A DNA stretch of 64,000 bases from Octopus vulgaris (taxonomy: Eukaryota), in contig OX597837.1 of assembly GCA_951406725.2 (NCBI GenBank), positions 45,136,001 through 45,200,000 of the forward strand, written 5' to 3'. The notes under the pieces were generated by a model, which had not been told where the DNA came from, did not search any database, and worked only from the letters and a program-made list of their open reading frames with translations. Shown here one piece after another: positions 55,021-64,000 of the stretch; position 1 is the stretch's first letter; every line of letters starts with the position of its first letter. Both the position numbers and the translations under genes were made by a program.

Positions 55021-56908
55021 GTTTAATCTTGTTTTTATACCAATAAGCTATGCATTTATTTTCATTTAAAGAATGAATAGATTTGAGTGGAGGAACTCTG
55101 TATTTGTAGCAACAGAAAACTCTGTGATTTGATGAAACAGAATTTTAATAAATTTTAATAAATCATATGCATGGTGAACAGCAAGAATCAAACCAATAAC
55201 ATATATATATATATATATAGATATATATATATATATATAGGTGGGGAAGTAAGAAGAAAAATAAGCGAAAATGCACACTGGAAATCAAATAAAGTAAAAG
55301 ATTTTTTATGAAAAGTAACGATAGATACATACAATTAGATGAACAGAAGTAGGAATAAAAGTAATAAAAGTCATTATTGGAAATTGCAAAAGAGATTTAA
55401 AATCATACCGGTTTCGTAAATTTACTAATCATTTCAATTAACACCACTAGTCCCCATACATCCCATACACCTTTCACATTACAGATCTATATCTACCCTA
55501 ATTGCACCAAATCCCATACTACTTACCTCCCTTACACATAATCTTTTTACTCAGGGACTAGGAGACCTGACACCGTTCATTAATCGGTGTGCATTCAAAG
55601 CAATGATTAGACTTAGACATTCAGACATTGCATGTTTTTCTCGAGACTGCCATATTTTGACGATAAATACACAGCCATTATCCGTCAAGCGAGTCTTGAA
55701 GAGGAAAGAAACCTACAGATTGTACATTCTGGTCTCTTTATCAGCAAATTTTGGTTAGTTAACCGTTCAAGAAGCAAACAAAAAACGACAATACGTGCAC
55801 TCTGGTCAATTATCTCATCGATAAAATGGATATGTGGTCTAGAGACTACGTAATATGGCAAAGAGTCTGCAATAGGTATAGGCGGTTGCTACATCGGATG
55901 GAGTATCCTAAGACTGTGTCTGCCACATGGAATTTGTGCAGACAAAACGCGTCAATTACAAAAAAAACAAAAAAACAAGAGAAATAACTCATTGAAAATT
56001 TCACAGTCACCATAAAAATAAAAGAACGGGATACTGGTAAGTTAAGGATCATAGGGGCCATTATCATCGATTAACTGATCCCATCCGATAACAATGCGCA
56101 GGAAACAGACTGGTTATGATAACAATAACAGTCTACAGATGACGCATCACCATTTCCAGACGTCTGAGGAAAAGTTAGCAGCGGGACAACGCCTATTTTC
56201 TTTTATTAAAAGCGACTTAACATCGAAATATCGAAATATGAAATAAAGCGTAAACTGTTGTTTGTCTTCTTTCAGTTTCTACTTCTTTATTTTAAACTGG
56301 TATTGCATTGGCTTTCAATTAAGTTCAACTAGAACACACACGCACAGACACACAGACACACATACACACATACACACACACACGCGTGCTCTTTTCTCGT
56401 GAGCTATAATAAAAAATCTTCATAATTTCACGCCTTTAACGATAATATTGTTCATTTTAGTGAGGCCAACTGTGCAAAGCTGCTGGGAATAACGAGTGAA
56501 CTTTGAGGACGGCGACGAAAGAAATACGACTCATAAAATGCAAATAAAATAAACAAACTATAAAAATATAATATAGGTTGTGAGATTCAAGACAAACAAA
56601 AATATAGTAACGCAATGGAGGATGTCCTAAAGGACTTGAAAGTGGACAGAAGGAAGAGAAAAAAAACGAAAAGTGTAAAAACGAACGTGGAGAAAAAAAA
56701 CGTGTTGAAAGCAGAGAAGCGGGGGGAGATGCGTGATTAAACGAGTTGAGAGCCAATCGGGAAATGAAGTCGGACAGAGACATGCGAATTGTCGTATGTC
56801 ACATGGTAATGAAAGGAGAGACAAAAATGGTGGAAGGTAGTGAGAGACAAAGAAACTGAGAGGTAAGTTGGTGAGAGAATGAGGAAGAGAAAAGAGAAAT
56901 AAAGTAAG

Positions 56909-56960
<52 letters not shown>

Positions 56961-57529
56961 GGGCGTCTCACGAAAATTTACTGCCGAAAAGGCGGAAAAA
57001 AGATAGGTGCGTAACGTTACATTGAATTAATAAGTTTTCGACTTCGAGTTTTCGGCTAGCTAAGTTATCGTCGAACTGCCAAAACTTCGAAGTCACAGTC
57101 ATCATTCTTGTTTGAGAATAATAAATTGAGGAATTTGTTTTGCAAGATTCTTGATGTGAAATAGTGTGTTGAAACAGATATTGTTGTATTTCGGGTGTGG
57201 TCGTTTATTCTTCCTTGCCAAATAAACAAACGCACCATATATCCTTTCTTCATTCGCTTGCTAATGTTTTTATTTTATCTTACGTCCATTGTCTGAAAAT
57301 CATTCGTCACACATCTGTGACCGCTTCCCAAATAAACACACGCGCAGACAATGGACATAAAATATATATATAAGAACAATAACAAACGAGTGAAGAACGA
57401 GTATATAGTGCGTGTGTCTATTTGGCAAGAAAAAAATGACCAATCCGAAAGATAACATTAATACATTTGTACCCTAGTATAGAATAGCCCATCAGATTAT
57501 TATAAATCAACATAAAAACACATATAGAC

Positions 57530-57870
<341 letters not shown>

Positions 57871-58678
57871 ACATGCATGTGTTTGCGTACTCGTATGTAT
57901 ATGTGTTTGTATATGTATGCGACGTACTTAGCTGAAGTTGCTTGCTGTTACTTTTACTTAAGTTTCACATTTTCACACTCGTTCGGAAATCGGCCTCGTG
58001 TGTCATACGAACGTGTTCCTTTGTCCAATTACTTAGATCTCCATTTAACAGTTAATTTCCTAAAGAAGCAAACAAAGCAACGACGACAACAATAAATCGT
58101 TGACCCAAATCAGATGCTGTTCATCAAATGTACGAACTGTAGTCCTTGTCACATCTTGAGCGAAGTGTTGACAGCGTGTCAACAACGTTAGACCAATGGT
58201 GGTAATGTGTTTAAACAACACAGAATAAATATATAATTACTTACAAACGGATCTTCGTGTGTAGGAAAGATTTATCTAAACAAACAAAGCCAAAACAAAC
58301 ACTAAAATAAAAGAGCAACTACATTTAAGTAAACCAAAAACAAACGAAAATGAAAAAAATAAATGCTTGAAGGAAACTGTAGGAATAATAAAAAAGAAAA
58401 AAAATCGTCTCAGTTTGAACGAGTATTCCGGTGGCCTTGATGGTTGTCTGCCCTTGCCTCTAATAGGTAAATAATGAAGTGGTGAAGAAAGAAACTATTG
58501 TATCAACTCCTGCAAGGAAATTTAGCTTCGTTAACACTCTAGAGTCTACAAGAATAAACCTACGTTTGTTTAGATATAAAGAAAAGAAAAAGCGAAACGT
58601 TGTGTCTATTTGATGTTGACTAATGACAATGTATCTGTGTGCGCGCGCATGTGTGCGTGTGAGTGTGCGCATGTATGT

Positions 58679-58713
<35 letters not shown>

Positions 58714-59134
58714 ACTTTATATATTATACATACATACATACATACAGAATGAGACGGTGATAGAGAGACCGAGAGATATAGATATAGATAAAAATATGAA
58801 TATATACATATGAATATATATTTATGGAATTACATACTTAAACGCTCATATATCGACATACATATGAATTTCTCTCTCTCTCTCTATCTATCTTTCTATA
58901 TATGTGTCTAACTTGCTTGCATATATGCATATATGGATACAGTATGTATATGCATATATATATATATATATATATAACTTACATTCACTCGTCTACCGGC
59001 TCAAGTTCAAATTTCGTCAGCACTCCGAAATGTATTCTATGTAGAGAACAGCTGTCTCTAACCAATATTTATGTATGCGTGTGTGTGTTTGTATGATGTA
59101 TACATCTACATACACATATATATACATACACACG

Positions 59135-59504
59135 TAAATTAAGAAATGAGTTAAACGCAGGTGTTATTCAAATCTTTATATTTCCAACATATGTTTCGAA
59201 GAAAACATTGGTATTATTTTTGAGGAAATAAAATGATGTAAAACAATGTAACCAATGTAATCATCTCGTCAGGGGAAAAAGAAACAAAACACATCAATAA
59301 GCCATTTTAACTGAATCGTTTTAACCGAATTGGTTAAAATGGCTTATTGGATTGTTTTGATCCTCTTTTTCCCCTGACGAGATGATTACATTGGTTACAT
59401 TGCTTTGCATCATTTTATTCCCTCAAGAATAATACCAATGTTTTCTTCGAAACATATGTCGGAAGTATAAATAATACCTGCGTTTAACTCCATTTCTTAA
59501 TTTA
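59135..59504. mobile_element. ~370-bp palindromic element carrying an HHR core on each strand
   Basis: Arms are reverse complements about a centre near 59320. Plus: CTGACGA (59374)..GAAA-C-ATAT-G-TC (59449-59460). Minus: CTGACGA (59272-59266)..GAAA-C-ATAT-G-TT. Confidence 0.88.
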
Positions 59505-59515
59505 TCTAGTTATGA

Positions 59516-59704
59516 ATGCGGCAAGCTGGTAGAAAAGTTAGCACGCGGGGCGAAATTCTTAGCAGTATTTCGTCTGTCTTTACGTTCTGAGTTCAAATTC
59601 CGCCGAAGTCGACTTTGCATTTCATCCTTTCGGGATCGATAAATTAAGTACCAGTTGCATACTGGGGTCTAGCTAATCGACTTCCTCCTCCACTAAAATT
59701 TCGG
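59516..59704 (+). mobile_element. SINE family A, alternative tail, 3'-truncated
   Basis: Matches the consensus. Confidence 0.88.
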
Positions 59705-59884
59705 GATGGTTTTATATTTACAGATTTTTTATTAATGTCACAATGTTTTTATAGATCATATATCAGCGCTTGCATCTACTCTAATAGAAATCTGGAGAGT
59801 CTACTATAGTAGATGCAAGCGCTAATATATAATTTATAAAAACATGCTACATATTAATAAAAATCTGTAAATATAAAACCATCC
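59704..59884. repeat. ~180-bp inverted repeat
   Basis: GGATGGTTTTATATTTACAGATTTTT versus AAAAATCTGTAAATATAAAACCATCC; AGCGCTTGCATCTACT versus AGTAGATGCAAGCGCT. Confidence 0.93.
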
Positions 59885-60188
59885 AGATTTCTGACTACAT
59901 TATTTCTTGTAATATATAATACCTATACATCACCTCCAAACGTTCTAATATATATATATATATATATATATACATACACACGAACACACACATATTCACA
60001 TAGGTATATATGAATTAAAGTTGAAAATGATAAAGCATTACAGTTTTACTGTAGTTTCATCTGTCGAGTCTTCGGAAGAGTAATATCGTCGACGAAATAC
60101 TTGTTAAAGTCATTGCATAAATGTAATAGAGAATGCTAATAGAGAATGGAAAAGTAAGAGAGAACTGTGTAAATGTAGATGTAAGTAT

Positions 60189-60237
<49 letters not shown>

Positions 60238-60415
60238 GGAGAAAAGCGAGAGAGGGGGAAAGAGAAAGAATATGATAGAGAAAATGTAGCCTGTTATAGG
60301 TTGTTCATGAATGCGATTGTCTTTGATCATAGTTATGCTCAATCAGACATGACCGAGGGATAAAATGATGTGTGTGTGTGTTTTGTGTGTGTGTGTGTGT
60401 ATCTGTGTGTGTGCG

Positions 60416-60446
<31 letters not shown>

Positions 60447-60584
60447 ATAGCAAACAACAACAACAATACAACCTCATTATCTCCCTGTATTCTGAACAAT
60501 AAACCGAACCCTTTTATCTAGAACCCAAAGAAGCAATGAGTGGAAATAAGAGATGGAATCAGGAAATACCTGATGCACAACGCT

Positions 60585-60624
<40 letters not shown>

Positions 60625-60967
60625 CGCAAACACCTCGGCGATTATGAAACGTTATGCATTCATCAAAAGAAAAAAATACTATCACATAAATTAAGCATTC
60701 ATTAAGATAGAACCAAAAAAAAAAAAAATTGGGGAAAGAAACGACAATTCCAGATGAACTTGTTAAGTTCAGACACGAAAATGCAAAGACCCGCCAAAAA
60801 CGTGATCGCTAAACCCAATTTCCATCATTCAAACCTCCGCCATTGTTTCGATGTTTTCATAATGTCAACTGATGATCAGGTTTCGTGAGAGAATATTCAA
60901 ATTAAATGATTTGTATACGCGCGCGCGCGTGCACACCTACGCTAATACTTCACGCACATACACTAAT

Positions 60968-61022
<55 letters not shown>

Positions 61023-61087
61023 CATACATATATATGTATATATATAAATGTATATGTATATGTATGTGTGTGTGTATATATAATGTA

Positions 61088-61122
<35 letters not shown>

Positions 61123-61166
61123 TATATACATACATATATATGTATATATATATGCATATATAAATA

Positions 61167-61200
<34 letters not shown>

Positions 61201-61239
61201 CATATATATGCATATATATGTATATATATGCATATGTAA

Positions 61240-61272
<33 letters not shown>

Positions 61273-61328
61273 CATACATAAATATATACACACACACAAA
61301 CACACATATATAAATATATATATATATA

Positions 61329-61490
61329 GGGAGAATTCACGAAAAAAAAAAAACAAAAGACGAAGGCAGCTAGTGTAGAAAACAAACGGATGTATTAGTA
61401 TAACGCTCGGGAATTGAAAAAGTCTTTAACATTTCGAGCCTACGCTCTTCTACAGAAGGGGACACAGAAATAAACAAGGAGAGAATCAAG
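61329..61490 (-). mobile_element. HHR-bearing mini-element family D, copy 4, truncated at the adjacent SINE B
   Basis: Core CTGTAGA-A-GAGCGTAGGCTC-GAAA-TG-TT; closest to copy 3. Confidence 0.83.
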
Positions 61491-61499
61491 GAAAGTCGT

Positions 61500-61915
61500 A
61501 GGCACAGCTCTGTAGTAAGAAGCTTGCTTCCCAATCACATTCCTCCGGGTTCAGTCCCAGTGCGTGTCACCTTTGGCAAGTTTATTTTACTATAGTGTCG
61601 GACCAACCAAAATCTTGTGAGTAGAATCTGTAGTCGGAAACTGGAAGATGCACGTAGTTTATTATATGTCTGTCTGTCTCAGTGTGTGTGTTTGCATGTG
61701 TGTGTGTGTGTGTCTGTGTGTGTGGCTTCGTGTCCATGTTTGTCCCCATCACCGCTTGACAACCGGTGTTAGTGTTTTTACATCCCTGTATCTTAGCAGT
61801 TCGGCAAAAGAAACCGATTGAATGAGTTCTATGCTTAAGAAATTCCAGGGGTCGATTTATTTGGCTAAAATCCCTTGAAGGTGGTGCTGCAACATGGCCG
61901 AACCAAATGACAAAC
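61500..61915 (+). mobile_element. SINE family B, full length, diverged; old SINE A copies follow at ~61940-62255
   Basis: Co-linear with 19341-19760. Confidence 0.85.
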
Positions 61916-62385
61916 AATTAGGTGATAAAATGTATGCGGAAGCGCTTGAGTTAGTGGTTCGCAGCATTTCGTCTCTGTTTAGGTTCTGCGTTCAAACTCC
62001 GCCGAGGTCGACTTTTCTAGAGTAAAAACGAATAATGAGATGTTATAAGGGGAAAAGCTGGCAGAATCGTTACAGCAGTGGATAAAGGGCCTAGCGGCAT
62101 TTCAATTAACTTGGGTTCCAATGCCAATGAGATCCACTTTGCCTTTTATCCTCTCGGAATCGATAAAATAATTACCAGTCGTGCAGTGAGGTTGATGCAG
62201 TCGACTTTCCCCGAACCCCGAAATTGCTGGCCTTGCGCGCAAAGCTAAAGCCAATAAGAAAAATGTTTATAAGTCATTGGGTGTGTTAGTGACTTATAAA
62301 CATCCAATTATAAAAGTAGTATAATTATTAGACAGGCCATTCCAATTTATTTATTTTCATATGTATATACACTATGTATGTATGC

Positions 62386-62477
<92 letters not shown>

Positions 62478-62500
62478 ATATATATACATATATGTATATA

Positions 62501-62558
<58 letters not shown>

Positions 62559-62889
62559 GTATTTGTGGATTTATAGGGCAAGTATGCGCATATAATTATT
62601 AATGAGATATCATAGAATTATCACATGATTCACAGAAAAAAAAACCCAAAGAACATATTTATATGAACTTCTGAACTCACGACTCCCTGGACCATGTTCG
62701 GCGTCTAAAATCTATGAAATCGCATCAATAATTATACGCAAATACCCAAACAGGAACAAAATGCATGCTACGGGGTTCTGTATGTATACGTATCAATATG
62801 TACGCGTATGTGTGTGTGTGTGTGCATGTGTGTGTCTATGTGTGTATGTTTATTATTTTATCTCATACGTATGTATGAATGTGTATTTA

Positions 62890-62921
<32 letters not shown>

Positions 62922-62937
62922 ATGTGTGTGTGTGTGT

Positions 62938-62969
<32 letters not shown>

Positions 62970-63586
62970 ACATATTTATTAATATGGCAGGGCGCGACCG
63001 TTCGCGCATAAAATAATTAAAGAATTAAATTTTGGTGAACGCAATTTCTTGGAAGATCCCTGGCCTAATGCAATATTTCCGCCGCATAAGCAAGTACCGT
63101 TTACCTGCCGACAGCCAAGCGATGTTTAATGTCAGGAATGGGACCGAATCTCATGGGGAAGGAATTTCTCAAATGAAAATCACCGAAATTCTTTTAGGTG
63201 TGTGCAGCTATGCGCACGAATGTATCCCTTAATGTCCCTTAAGTTTTATTTCTTTTGCTTTTTCCCAACATCCATCTTCATGCATGGCTGTGAATACATT
63301 TGGCTTCACATCCACTAAAGTTCTCTTAGATGAATCGGTGAGATAAAGTATCAAGATATACGTTTTCGGATAATGGGAAACAAATATATATGTTAATGTG
63401 GAATATCTACCATTCGTTAGATGTAAGCCCTCAACTCGAGGCTTTAGGTAGGAGAGATTAATTCAGATGTTAAAAGAAAATTCCTTTCATAAAGAAATAA
63501 AACTCTGCCGCGAGCTGGATCCTCATAAGGCTGGAAGTTCTCAGAATTTTCGTGGTATTAGGGTCACTAAGATTGCAAGACTTTCT

Positions 63587-64000
63587 TATTTCTTTATTTC
63601 CCACAAGGGGCTAAACACAGAGAGGACAAACAAGGACAGACAAAGGGATTAAGTCGATTAGATCGACCTTTTTCGTGGTATTAGGGTCACTAAGATTGCA
63701 AGACTTTCTTATTTCTTTATTGCACACAAGGGGCTAAACATAGAGGGGACAACAAGGACAGACAAAAGGATTAATTCGATTACATCGACCTCAGTGCGTA
63801 ACTAGTACTTTATTTGTCGACCTCGAAATGATGAAAGGCAAAGTCGACCTCGGCGGAATTTGAACTCAGAACGTAACGGCAGACGAAATACCTATTTCTT
63901 TATTACCCACAAGGGACTAAACACAGGGGACAAACAAGGACAGATAAATGGATTAAGTCGATTACATCGACCTCAGAACGTAGCGGCAGACGAAATGTGG
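63587..64000 (-). mobile_element. SINE family A multimer with local tandem duplication, running off the window end
   Basis: Three A tails (at ~63587, ~63710, ~63893); tail-to-internal junction at 63892/63893. Confidence 0.88.

Noticed and set aside
62995-63225. Possible MITE with imperfect inverted ends (TTCGCGCATA..TATGCGCACGAA)
   Set aside because: Ends are too degenerate, single copy in the window, no TSD found.
63547-64000. CRISPR-like repeat-spacer pattern
   Set aside because: Only two flank repeats, the intervening sequences are homologous SINE tails, there are no cas genes and the context is eukaryotic.

Overview
Eukaryotic, AT-rich, repeat-dominated non-coding DNA, most likely from an octopus (coleoid cephalopod); this is inferred from the tRNA-derived SINE families and the extreme microsatellite load and was not checked against a database. 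I recognise no host protein-coding exon, rRNA, true tRNA or CRISPR array, and almost all entries in the ORF track are translations of simple repeats. The window holds: (i) dozens of copies of three tRNA-derived SINE families (called A, B, C here), several with clear target-site duplications; (ii) dead Tc1, maT-like (DD37D) and mariner DNA transposons; (iii) an RTE-type LINE endonuclease fragment; (iv) three clear and one possible Penelope-like element (PLE) GIY-YIG endonuclease fossils, most of them missed by the ORF track. The most interesting layer is a set of minimal hammerhead-ribozyme (HHR) motifs. They occur in ~200-bp non-autonomous mini-elements sitting in (TA)n tracts (four with a shared variant core, CUGUNGA) and in long inverted repeats, one of which carries an intact core on each strand. 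PLE and HHR remnants are strongly biased to the minus strand. All coordinates were read by eye and edges may be off by a few bases; ribozyme activity is inferred, not shown.
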